Made by a program: the position numbers and the translations under genes. From Euryarchaeota archaeon UBA58 (GTDB lineage Archaea; Thermoplasmatota; Poseidoniia; Poseidoniales; Thalassarchaeaceae): a stretch of 50,762 nucleotides of DNA. The stretch spans positions 108,478 through 159,239 of the forward strand of contig DAHR01000005.1 in assembly GCA_002498525.1 (NCBI GenBank). The letters are read 5' to 3'. The notes beneath the pieces were generated by a model. It was not told where the DNA came from and searched no databases. It saw only the letters and a list, made by a program, of their open reading frames with translations. Shown here in pieces: positions 8,746 through 17,253 of this stretch; the first letter of the stretch is position 1; each line of letters begins with the position of its first letter.

Positions 8746-10266
8746 TTAACTCGCAGGCCTGTTAACATCGGATATCCATCCGAGGATGTCGCCTGCAATC
8801 TGGATTGATTCGATCAAAGAAGGGGGTGTAATAGCGCAGAGTTTCACTCCCTTAGACCAAATCTCGAGGAGGGGTCCATTTTCGACATCCTTCTCGCTAT
8901 CGAGTATGGAATAGTCGATGAATCCTAGATTGTCAGATGCGCTCGGATAAACCCTCCACGAGTCTTTTGCAGACGATATCAGTGGTTCCAACTCCTTGAG
9001 GAGCGAATCGATGTCGTTGGACGGATTGGGGATAGTGTGCTCCTTGCCGTCGATATTGCACAGCAACTCTGAGCCCAACACAGGGTACGCAGAGCTCACA
9101 ACCATAAGGTCGGACCTCCCAACCATAGAGTCGGACCATCCATCGATGCTGGCCCTAACCTTTTTGAGGTCAACATTTTCCGTGTATTGCAGAAATTCGT
9201 CGTAGGCCTCAAGGCTTTCATCTTCATGCCAATAAGCCCCAGACCAGTGAAACATGAGGTGATTCAGCGTGGTGTCTTCTTCCCCAGTCAGCATGGACCT
9301 CAGTCTATCGATTGGTCTGACCTGTTCTTGGTCCTGTGCATAGAAGTGAGAGATCTTCTTGCCTCCTCTCCAATGCTCGAAGACCGCTACTCCGTCCCTG
9401 ATATTGTCGCCATCGATGTCGCCATCGTGAGTGAACTGAACGAACTCGGCCTCGTCGAGTCCGAGGTCCACTATCCAGAACTTCTTGGCCTTCCCCAACT
9501 TCTTTACCAGGCCGTCTATATTCTTCGAGAGGATGGCTTTGTTAGCACCATCGATGTTGTAGCGCAGAACCTCAGCGTCAATGTTTGACCCGCGAAGGGG
9601 TTTGAGGTACACTTCGGCGGCGTCGGAGTCTTGGTGCAGGTAGCACAGGCCCGACCCCCTAAACACCATCCGGCTGCACTTATTCCTACCGTTGTTCATA
9701 GTATGCAGACAGTATGTCACCTTGGCTATAGCTTGTCCATTTGAGGGTTTTTTTCCATTGGTTATCTTGCCATTGGTGAACTTGCCTGATTTAGATCTGC
9801 CTAGAGCCTCTGCTCCGGCGCCGCCGAGGGCGGCGGGGGCAAGACAACATTCCAAGGGGAGGTTTGGGAGGCCACGGTCGAACGCACCGATATCAAGCAA
9901 GAAAATAACGAAGATGAGAGCGAGAAATATCCCTATGATGAATCGGATGGCAATATCTTCGCTTTCGTCGGGGTCCGGCTTGGCCACCGATCGCTCGCCC
10001 CCCTTGTTGGCATCCTCCCTATCGGCTAAGTCCGACCCGTGAAGTGCTTTGAGGTACACTTCGGCGGCGTCGGAGTCTTGGTGCTGGTAGCACAGGCCCG
10101 ACCCCCTAAACACCATCCGACTGCACTTTTTCTTACCCTTGTTCGTAGTATGCAGACAGTACGTCTCCTTGGCTAGAAGAGACTTGCCGTGCTTGTGGCA
10201 GAACTGGCTATGGGACATCACCCTCGTTTTGCAGCCGTCAACCGAGCATGGACCTCCAACTGCCAT
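8746..10266 (-). CDS. Hypothetical single-TM protein with three CCCH-type zinc-finger modules
   Basis: CSVDGC-x10-CHKH, two near-identical CLHT..G..KCSRMVFRGSGLCY.H modules, TM segment IAIRFIIGIFLALIFVIFLL; GGAGTGA SD. Confidence 0.75.
   Translation of the reverse strand: MAVGGPCSVDGCKTRVMSHSQFCHKHGKSLLAKETYCLHTTNKGKKKCSRMVFRGSGLCYQHQDSDAAEVYLKALHGSDLADREDANKGGERSVAKPDPDESEDIAIRFIIGIFLALIFVIFLLDIGAFDRGLPNLPLECCLAPAALGGAGAEALGRSKSGKFTNGKITNGKKPSNGQAIAKVTYCLHTMNNGRNKCSRMVFRGSGLCYLHQDSDAAEVYLKPLRGSNIDAEVLRYNIDGANKAILSKNIDGLVKKLGKAKKFWIVDLGLDEAEFVQFTHDGDIDGDNIRDGVAVFEHWRGGKKISHFYAQDQEQVRPIDRLRSMLTGEEDTTLNHLMFHWSGAYWHEDESLEAYDEFLQYTENVDLKKVRASIDGWSDSMVGRSDLMVVSSAYPVLGSELLCNIDGKEHTIPNPSNDIDSLLKELEPLISSAKDSWRVYPSASDNLGFIDYSILDSEKDVENGPLLEIWSKGVKLCAITPPSLIESIQIAGDILGWISDVNRPAS
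9587..10175. repeat. 142-bp intragenic direct repeat (9587-9728 and 10034-10175)
   Basis: Hand alignment gives 11 mismatches in 142 nt; the offset of 447 nt keeps the frame. Confidence 0.92.
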
Positions 10267-10270
10267 GTTA

Positions 10271-10588
10271 TCACTCCGGCTGGCCTTCCCACCAGCCAGA
10301 TTCGGTATCGGCCTCCGAATCCGGCTCGGCTTCGGGTTCTGGCTCTGTGGGTGCTGTGTCTTGGTGCTTCCAGCAGTAGTCGGTTGACCTGTATGTCAAG
10401 GTGCGGCAGCCGTCGAGAGCGCAACTCCGGTCCTGCCTTTCGACATGAGGATACCTTTCCCGAAGTTCTTCTGGATTGCTCAACTTGACTTTAGGTTGGT
10501 GCCGGGAATTCCCTGCCCCGGCTAACGCTGCTCCTCCTCCGAGCAAATCAGCCATGCAGCAAAAAAGATCGAGAAGCGGGAAAGGCAC
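10271..10588 (-). CDS. Small hypothetical protein with a CCCH module and acidic tail
   Basis: CALDGC-x10-CWKH, PEPEPEAEPDSEAD tail; ends 4 nt before the start of the next gene. Confidence 0.7.
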   Translation of the reverse strand: MPFPLLDLFCCMADLLGGGAALAGAGNSRHQPKVKLSNPEELRERYPHVERQDRSCALDGCRTLTYRSTDYCWKHQDTAPTEPEPEAEPDSEADTESGWWEGQPE

Positions 10589-10621
10589 GGAAATTCATCG
10601 AAGGATTTGTCATAAGTCTGC

Positions 10622-11809
10622 CTACGGCATTGGGGCTATCCATGCCTCGAAGGAGCATAGGCGCAGGGTGCTGCTGTAATCGCGCTTGATTCTCAACTCG
10701 GGCTCGGGCGTGCCCTCCAGACGGGGGGGGAGGGCGGAGCGGATGGCGGCGTTAGCAGCGTCGATCTCAGATTCTGCAACCACCACTCTGCCCCTGATCA
10801 TGGAGGGGGAGGTTCTGTCAAGCAAGGGAGCGAGCGTCGGTAGGAACTCGATGGTACGATGAGGGAGATTGACAAGGACGAGGTCCCAATCACCTGCGAT
10901 GGTCGTGTTCCCTGCCAGTTCGGTGGCGTCGGCCACCCCAACCATCCTGTCATCGTGAATCCGCGCGAGGCGGCTCGGCTCGCTCGGGTAGTCCCTGCGG
11001 TCCCAGCGACGCAGGTTGTCGAACAGCATCTCCACCGCGTCGGGGTTCAGATCGGAGGCTAGTACATCCCCCACCAAACCGGGTTCGGCCAGCAGTGTCG
11101 CGAGCGCGGGGCCGACCCCACAGAATGGGTCGCAGACTCGCAAGGGACGGCCGAGTACTCCGCGCAATTCCTTGGCAAGTGCGAGAGTCTCCAATCTCTC
11201 AGTCTGCAACTTGGTCGAGAAATAAGCGCGGGTTGGGTCACAGCGAATTCTGCGTCCACTTTCTTTGACGAACACCGATGTCGAGAGGCTCTCTTCGGGG
11301 ACTTCAGCAAGCCCTGTTCCAGTCCATGATTCACCGTCGATTAGCACGCCGATAGGGCGCAGTTCACGTATTCTGAACTCTCCTTGGACGCCTCCATCAG
11401 CCAGTATCAAGCGAATGTGAGGATGCGAAGCCAACTTCGCTCGAGCAATCGCCTCCTCGTATTCCTCGACTTCCTCGTCGATTCGAACGATCATCATGTC
11501 GCCAACGAATTCGTGATTCGAAGGCCACGCCTCACCGTGTTCCTCGACACACTCCTGACCTACTTCAGCTGCGAGTAATTTCCACCAATCATTCTCGAAC
11601 CTCTCATCTTCTGCTCCCTCACACATCTCTATTCCGAATCGCCTGAGAGGTTCAGACAACTCGACCGGCGCGCTTGCAGCGAGAGGAATCAAGCGCGCCG
11701 AGCCGTCTTCGGCCGGAACAACGCGCATGCCATCGGCCAGCCAATCGGCTTTCCGCAAGAAGACGAGCACAGACTCGACCTCGCGATTAGGGACTCTCAG
11801 ATGGCGCAT
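10622..11809 (-). CDS. Trm5/Met-10-like SAM-dependent tRNA methyltransferase
   Basis: EFVGDMMIV, VQGEFRIR, KESG, AYFSTKLQTER, DPFCGVGP, DLNPDA, VNLP; start taken at MRHLRVP. Confidence 0.85.
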   Translation of the reverse strand: MRHLRVPNREVESVLVFLRKADWLADGMRVVPAEDGSARLIPLAASAPVELSEPLRRFGIEMCEGAEDERFENDWWKLLAAEVGQECVEEHGEAWPSNHEFVGDMMIVRIDEEVEEYEEAIARAKLASHPHIRLILADGGVQGEFRIRELRPIGVLIDGESWTGTGLAEVPEESLSTSVFVKESGRRIRCDPTRAYFSTKLQTERLETLALAKELRGVLGRPLRVCDPFCGVGPALATLLAEPGLVGDVLASDLNPDAVEMLFDNLRRWDRRDYPSEPSRLARIHDDRMVGVADATELAGNTTIAGDWDLVLVNLPHRTIEFLPTLAPLLDRTSPSMIRGRVVVAESEIDAANAAIRSALPPRLEGTPEPELRIKRDYSSTLRLCSFEAWIAPMP

Positions 11810-11846
11810 CACGTTGATGATGGGCAGACGTGCCCCCCGCTTCACC

Positions 11847-12674
11847 ATGACGGACGGCGCGCTGCCTGCAGGGCTCTGGCTCATCGGTCTCGGACCTGGT
11901 GATTTAGGGCTCATGACCTCCCAAGCCATAGAGCACGCTCGGGCCTGCGAACACCGCTTCCTCGAAGGCTACACCGCAACCCTGCCGACAGATCAGGAAA
12001 CCTTGCTGGAGAACCTCATCGGACCATGGCAACGGGCTATGCGACCCACCATCGAAGAGCCTTCAGAAATACTCGCTCTTGCGCGCGATACATCCGTCGC
12101 TATCCTCGTCGTCGGAGATCCGATGCAAGCGACGACGCACATCGATCTGGAAGCTCATTGTGACGAGCAGTCCATCGATTTTTCAGTCATCCCAGGGCTT
12201 TCGGCGACCTCGCTCGCCGTCTCCCTCTCCGGTCTTCAATCCTACAGATTCGGCAGGCAGGTGACGCTGCCTTTCGCATATGGTGACTACTTGGCCACCT
12301 CACCGCTCGAACTCATCGATGCGAATTACACGAACAACCTCCACACCCTCGTCCTATTCGACCTCGACCCCACGGGAATGGGGGTTGACGAACCCCAACC
12401 GATGCAGGCCGCGGCGGCAGTCGAATTGCTGTCAAGAATGGTCGATCGACTCGCAGAGCGCGAAGGCAGCACCAGAGAGAGTCTGGCAGCGCCGATCGCA
12501 AAATGGGATGGAATCCTGATGAGTGACCTTGGCACTCCCGACCAACGAGTGGTTTCGGGCGATCTGGAGGAGTTGGCGAAGGTGGAGGGAGGGCGTATGC
12601 ATTGTCTTGTTCTTCCAGCGGACTTCGCGGGCTTGGAGCGCGAGGCCTACGAGCGCAGACGAGGCCAATCCTGA
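11847..12674 (+). CDS. dph5: Diphthine synthase
   Basis: LWLIGLG, LEGYT, LVVGDPMQATTH, GLQSYRFGRQVTLP, LHTLVLFD; start taken at MTDG. Confidence 0.93.
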   Translation: MTDGALPAGLWLIGLGPGDLGLMTSQAIEHARACEHRFLEGYTATLPTDQETLLENLIGPWQRAMRPTIEEPSEILALARDTSVAILVVGDPMQATTHIDLEAHCDEQSIDFSVIPGLSATSLAVSLSGLQSYRFGRQVTLPFAYGDYLATSPLELIDANYTNNLHTLVLFDLDPTGMGVDEPQPMQAAAAVELLSRMVDRLAEREGSTRESLAAPIAKWDGILMSDLGTPDQRVVSGDLEELAKVEGGRMHCLVLPADFAGLEREAYERRRGQS

Positions 12675-12698
12675 AGCGGGGAGCGATGAGGCGAAGAC

Positions 12699-14399
12699 AT
12701 GGCAGCCGGACCCGCGGAGGTGAGTTTTCCTGGTGACAAGAATCGCAAGAAGCGGATTCGAATGCGGGGAATCAAGAAGGCTTCGAAGGAGATTCAACAG
12801 CGATTGGATCGGAATCTCGAGGCTCTGCTCGATAATCCTGAGATTTTTCTGCCTGAGATCCGCGCCGAACTCGGCAGACCGCGCAAGGATGCGGTTGCTG
12901 CGACGCTGAAGGAGGTCGATTCAGTTTCTCAGAAGCGCCATGATAGGCGCTGGTTGACGAAGAGGATGACGAAGCGGCGCGGAGACCTCGTCTGTCGCTC
13001 ATTGGCTGGCAGTCTGCTGGCTGCAGGTGATGCAAATATCTCAACGGTTTCAGTCTACAACAGTCCGATTTATGGCACGACTAGTTATGTCCGGCGGGGT
13101 AATGGAAAGCAATCCCATATGGTCGGGATTCAGAACTTCACCAATCCGAGAATGCGCTTGCTGGTCTGGGATGATCATGCCAAGGCCGGCAACTGGTTCT
13201 TCTCTTGGCATGGTGGTTTCGTCTGCTCCGGAAAGGAGCCGAAGGCCCCCGCCGAATGGGTCGATGAATGTCTCGATTCAGCGAGCATCGACCTGTCTGG
13301 CGATGATGTTCGCTGGTCGAGGGGGCTTGAGAAAGAAGTCGTCGAATCTGCTCGGATAACCGATTCGGGGTGGGTTCGATTGAGTTTCGACGAAGTTGTC
13401 GTCGGCATCACCGGAAGCGCTCTGGCGAAGACTGCTGAAGACCCCTTCATCGCTTCGGTCGCTCTAGGCATGATGCCTCCGAAATTGTCGGCGGTCGCTC
13501 GCGCAGAGTGGATGTGGCGACCGCAGGGCTGGCCCGATGAGATGGCTCTTCCAGAGGAGGGATGCGAGAAGTTGGATGAGGTACTGCTCGCTTGGATGAA
13601 TCTGGCTCTGCCTGACGATAAGCTCGCGCGGGCGTGCAAAAACAGCATACTCGGTTCGATCGAGGAAGGTTACATCGCAGGCTCGCACTGGTTCGCCCCC
13701 GATGCTCGCTCAGACTTCCTCGGACACCTGCAAGGAGGCGACGTCGAGCGCGAGGCTCTGGCAGCGATCCTCGATTCGCTCGACGGTGGTGCTCGGGTTC
13801 GCTCGGATGGAGCGATTCTCGATATGGAGAACGAGGTGATTCGTTTCGAGGACAGCGCCTGCCATCCTGTTCTGGTGGCGCTGTGGCCAGAGCATGGTAT
13901 GGAGGTACTCGAGTCGATGTTCGGTCTGACGGAATCTGAAGCAGAGTCGGTTCATCAGCGCCAGACGCGAAGGAAACAGGGCTTCGGTGCATTCCTGCGA
14001 GAACTCCGGGCTTCGGTCTCAACGGCTCAGAGGCTGCAGCGGCTGCCGTGGCCGAATGAGCTGCTTCCCTCTCCTCTCGCCTTCGCCGACGCTCTGGTGC
14101 GCAAAGCAACTGAAGATGGAATCTCATCGACGGTAGCGCTCTGCCGCAAAGCCAAGAAATTGGATGCTGCGATGGGCTGGGCTTGGCTCGTCGTCCACGA
14201 CCGAACCGAATCTGATGCTTGGCGCTTCGATCAAGCGAGTCGCGATAAGGGCGGCGATTGGACGCCTGCTCTGGCAGCTCTTTGGAAGGCGGCTGATGCT
14301 CTTCTTCTCAAGGATGATCTAGATGCTAAATCGGGCTATATCGAGGCTATGAAGCAATTGGCAGAAGCCTCGGGAACAAGTGGACTCGCCGCCGTTTGA
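12699..14399 (+). CDS. Hypothetical protein (566 aa), probably co-transcribed with dph5
   Basis: Long ORF with a GAGG SD; no motif recognised. Confidence 0.75.
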   Translation: MAAGPAEVSFPGDKNRKKRIRMRGIKKASKEIQQRLDRNLEALLDNPEIFLPEIRAELGRPRKDAVAATLKEVDSVSQKRHDRRWLTKRMTKRRGDLVCRSLAGSLLAAGDANISTVSVYNSPIYGTTSYVRRGNGKQSHMVGIQNFTNPRMRLLVWDDHAKAGNWFFSWHGGFVCSGKEPKAPAEWVDECLDSASIDLSGDDVRWSRGLEKEVVESARITDSGWVRLSFDEVVVGITGSALAKTAEDPFIASVALGMMPPKLSAVARAEWMWRPQGWPDEMALPEEGCEKLDEVLLAWMNLALPDDKLARACKNSILGSIEEGYIAGSHWFAPDARSDFLGHLQGGDVEREALAAILDSLDGGARVRSDGAILDMENEVIRFEDSACHPVLVALWPEHGMEVLESMFGLTESEAESVHQRQTRRKQGFGAFLRELRASVSTAQRLQRLPWPNELLPSPLAFADALVRKATEDGISSTVALCRKAKKLDAAMGWAWLVVHDRTESDAWRFDQASRDKGGDWTPALAALWKAADALLLKDDLDAKSGYIEAMKQLAEASGTSGLAAV

Positions 14400-14415
14400 C
14401 ACGGCTTCTCCGGCT

Positions 14416-15054
14416 TCAGAACAATGAATACAGTTGTTCGTGGAATGCGATATCTATCGCAACGAAAGCCAGAATCAGGCCCAATCCCAGATTGACTCGC
14501 GCCGAGCTCTTCGGGTCGGCGAAGACTCGGCGCAGAACGGCTCCTGCACCAGACCAGAAAAGCACTGAGCCGACGCCGATGACCGTCGTTGTAGCAGCTA
14601 GGATGACGACGATTGGGAACCCTTCTCCCAAGCGCGAAGCGTACTCGGTCATCAACAGAAGGAAGTAGACCCAACTCTTCGGATTGACGAATTGCAGGAG
14701 GAAACCTGCCAGCGGTCCGAGTGGTTTCTCAGCAACAGCTTCGTGGTCCTCGCTCTGTCCGATCGGTGGAGCGCGCGCGATGTGTACAGCCAGATACAGC
14801 ATATATGCTGCACCTATGTACTTCACAGCATCGAGCAGTACATCATTATCGCGAACGAATTCGACGCCACCTCCAACGAGGATGGCTATGGAGAAGAAAC
14901 CGACCGCCATACCGGCTTCCAGTGGCATGGATCCATACCAACCATGGCGATTGCCGTGGGCTGCACAAAGCATCGTGTTCGGACCTGGGGTCCAGCACAT
15001 GAAGAACATGAATCCGACAGTTATGGCGAATTCGGCTGGGTCCAGAGTGACCAC
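14416..15054 (-). CDS. LysE/RhtB family amino-acid exporter
   Basis: WTPGPNTM, KYIGAAYMLYLA, GFLLQFVNPKSW; about 6 TM helices; start at GTG just after the upstream stop codon. Confidence 0.88.
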   Translation of the reverse strand: MVTLDPAEFAITVGFMFFMCWTPGPNTMLCAAHGNRHGWYGSMPLEAGMAVGFFSIAILVGGGVEFVRDNDVLLDAVKYIGAAYMLYLAVHIARAPPIGQSEDHEAVAEKPLGPLAGFLLQFVNPKSWVYFLLLMTEYASRLGEGFPIVVILAATTTVIGVGSVLFWSGAGAVLRRVFADPKSSARVNLGLGLILAFVAIDIAFHEQLYSLF

Positions 15055-15055
15055 C

Positions 15056-16258
15056 TCAAGCGAGACGGAGCAATTCTGCTTCAACTTGAGCCAGGGCTTG
15101 ATCGATGTCTTCCCAGATATCCTCCAGATCCTCGATTCCGATGCTCATACGGACGAAACCGGGTACGACGCCCGCTTCACTTCGAACCTCTTCAGGCACG
15201 AAACTGTGGCTGGAATTGGAGGGACATTCAACGAGAGAACGGATGCAACCGAGGCTCGTCGCCTCGAAGATAATGTTCAGTGAGCGCATGAACTTCAGCG
15301 CTGCGCCGTCGCCGCCCTTGACGACGAAGGAACACATGCCAGTCCCTTTCGGGATGATTCGCTGCGCCACATCGTGTTGCGGGTGGCTGGCCAGGGAAGG
15401 ATGGTTTACGCTCTCGATCATCGGGTGGTCTTCGAGTCGCGTGGCGATCTCGAGGCTGTTTGAGACATGGATCGGCATGCGAGCGTGAAGGGTGCGGATT
15501 CCTCGCTCGAGCAGGTAACAGGCGTGTGGGTCGACCGCGCCTCCGAAGTGCACTTTTCGTGGGAATATCTCAGCGACGAGATCGGCTCTCCCGAGAATCG
15601 CGCCGGCGACCACATCTGAATGCCCATTGAGGTACTTCGTGCACGAGTGGATTACGAGGTCGCATCCCATGGCCAATGGTTTGCAGGCCCAAGGTGTTGC
15701 GAAGGTGTTGTCGACGATTACTATCAGTCCATGCTTTTTACCGATTGCGACCATCGCTTCGATGTCACATACTTTGAGCACGGGATTGGTCAATACCTCG
15801 ATGTAGATAATCTTCGTATTGTCTTGAATCGCCGCTTCGTAAGATGCGGGGTCAGTCATGTCAGCCATCGAAATTTCGATGCCGAAGCGAGGTAGATCCT
15901 CGGTCATCAGACCATAAGTTCCACCATAACAATCAGCGCTTGCAACCATATGATCGCCGGCACTCAGCAGACCCATCAGAGTCGTTGAAATCGCTGCCAT
16001 TCCGCTGCCGAACAACTCGCCGTCCTCTGCATCTTCCAAGGCACAGAGTTTCTCGACGACCGCCTCAGAATTGAGGCTTGACAGCCGCGCGTAAAGCAAG
16101 GTGTGTTGCGCGCCATTAGCCCAGCCTTGGTAGCGCTCATCGGTCAGTTGGTAGGTCGATGATTGGAAGATCGGTGTGTTCACCGCGCCCTCGATGTGCT
16201 GGTTGCCAGATACTACTGCTCGGGTCGCGAAGCGCTTGTCGGCGTCTACTGGGTTCAT
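15056..16258 (-). CDS. Cys/Met metabolism PLP-dependent gamma-lyase/synthase family enzyme
   Basis: PIFQSST, YAR, SGMAAI, YGGT, E.LTNP, VDNTFATP, HSCTKYLNGHSD, RMSIGIED. Confidence 0.92.
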   Translation of the reverse strand: MNPVDADKRFATRAVVSGNQHIEGAVNTPIFQSSTYQLTDERYQGWANGAQHTLLYARLSSLNSEAVVEKLCALEDAEDGELFGSGMAAISTTLMGLLSAGDHMVASADCYGGTYGLMTEDLPRFGIEISMADMTDPASYEAAIQDNTKIIYIEVLTNPVLKVCDIEAMVAIGKKHGLIVIVDNTFATPWACKPLAMGCDLVIHSCTKYLNGHSDVVAGAILGRADLVAEIFPRKVHFGGAVDPHACYLLERGIRTLHARMPIHVSNSLEIATRLEDHPMIESVNHPSLASHPQHDVAQRIIPKGTGMCSFVVKGGDGAALKFMRSLNIIFEATSLGCIRSLVECPSNSSHSFVPEEVRSEAGVVPGFVRMSIGIEDLEDIWEDIDQALAQVEAELLRLA

Positions 16259-16283
16259 GGTGCTGGGATTCGGTGGTTAGAAA

Positions 16284-16359
16284 TCAACTATACGCCGGAG
16301 TTATTAGAATAACGTCGGTGAAATGACGGTGGTGTAACGAATAGCCGACGATTCGTCGG
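16284..16359. promoter_or_regulatory. Putative Lrp/AsnC operator array
   Basis: Perfect 15-bp palindrome CCGACGA-T-TCGTCGG at 16345-16359 plus weaker phased copies between the divergent lyase and Lrp genes. Confidence 0.5.
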
Positions 16360-16394
16360 AATAGTTCATAGACTCCCGTCTAATCATAGTTGCC

Positions 16395-16865
16395 ATGCCA
16401 CAATCGGAATTGGACAATAGGGATATGCGTATTCTCGACATTCTCCGTGATGATTCTCGAGTCAACACTCAAGCCATCGCAGATCGATTGAACATGCCTC
16501 GAGTCACTGTTTACGACCGCATCCGCCGCCTGCAGGACAAGGGCTTCATCCAGAGATTCACCATAGAGTTGGATGCGAAAACGATGGGTTGGACATTGAA
16601 TGCCTTCATTCTCGCTAACTGGCATGGAGACAGAGGATTGACCGACCGGCGCAAGGTAGCTCAGGAAATCTGTGATCTGGATTTCGTCAAGAGCTGTCAC
16701 ATCGTCACTGGGCAATGGGATTTCGTCATCGAAGTCGTTGCGCGAGACATGTCGGATCTGGGTGATTCGATCCTCGACCGGCTGTCTTCGATCGAGGGTA
16801 TGGGCCACGCTCAGACGATGGTCTCATTCTACGATTATCCAGGCCCCGCCGGCTGGCTCCGTTGA
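16395..16865 (+). CDS. Lrp/AsnC family transcriptional regulator
   Basis: LDNRDMRILDILRDDSR...IA..L...RVTVYDRIRRL HTH; VTGQWD in the RAM domain. Confidence 0.95.
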   Translation: MPQSELDNRDMRILDILRDDSRVNTQAIADRLNMPRVTVYDRIRRLQDKGFIQRFTIELDAKTMGWTLNAFILANWHGDRGLTDRRKVAQEICDLDFVKSCHIVTGQWDFVIEVVARDMSDLGDSILDRLSSIEGMGHAQTMVSFYDYPGPAGWLR

Positions 16866-16866
16866 C

Positions 16867-17184
16867 TCAATCTGCATTCACCCAATCAGCGTAATCGCTA
16901 GACGCCTCGGCTTTCCATGCGATGATCTGTGGAGTGTCGAGAGGATGATCGGCGAGGATTGCGGCGATTAGTTCCTCCTTGTCCGACCGGCTCGTCTTGA
17001 TCTGTAATCGCCATTCTTCGGTACTCTCGCACTGGCCATCCCAGCGGTAGACCGAAGTGATGCGTGAGCGTTGCACGCAAGCAGCATGGCCCGCTTCCAC
17101 GAGGTGGAATGACCACTGACCGACCAACGCCTCAATCCAATCACCGGGAAGGGTCGTCTGCACGACCCAGACCTCCTCGGACAT
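16867..17184 (-). CDS. cutA: Divalent-cation tolerance protein CutA
   Basis: LVEAGHAACVQ, SVYRWDG, E..LQIKT, HPLDTPQII, Y.DWV; start taken at MSEEVW. Confidence 0.88.
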   Translation of the reverse strand: MSEEVWVVQTTLPGDWIEALVGQWSFHLVEAGHAACVQRSRITSVYRWDGQCESTEEWRLQIKTSRSDKEELIAAILADHPLDTPQIIAWKAEASSDYADWVNAD

Positions 17185-17253
17185 GATTATGCGAAGGGGT
17201 ATATGGCAATCAAGGCGATGGCAGACTTTGAATGCCCGACGACCCAGCCTCGT

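Noticed and set aside
9587-10175. Direct repeats considered as CRISPR or IS ends
   Set aside because: Only two long in-frame copies inside a CDS; no spacers, cas genes or transposase
11727-11929. Apparent head-to-head overlap of the dph5 and Trm5-like ORFs
   Set aside because: Artefact of longest-ORF start choice; family-like sequence begins at 11847 and 11809
14684-15283. Two roughly 195-aa + strand ORFs
   Set aside because: Antisense to the LysE and lyase genes, with no recognisable motifs
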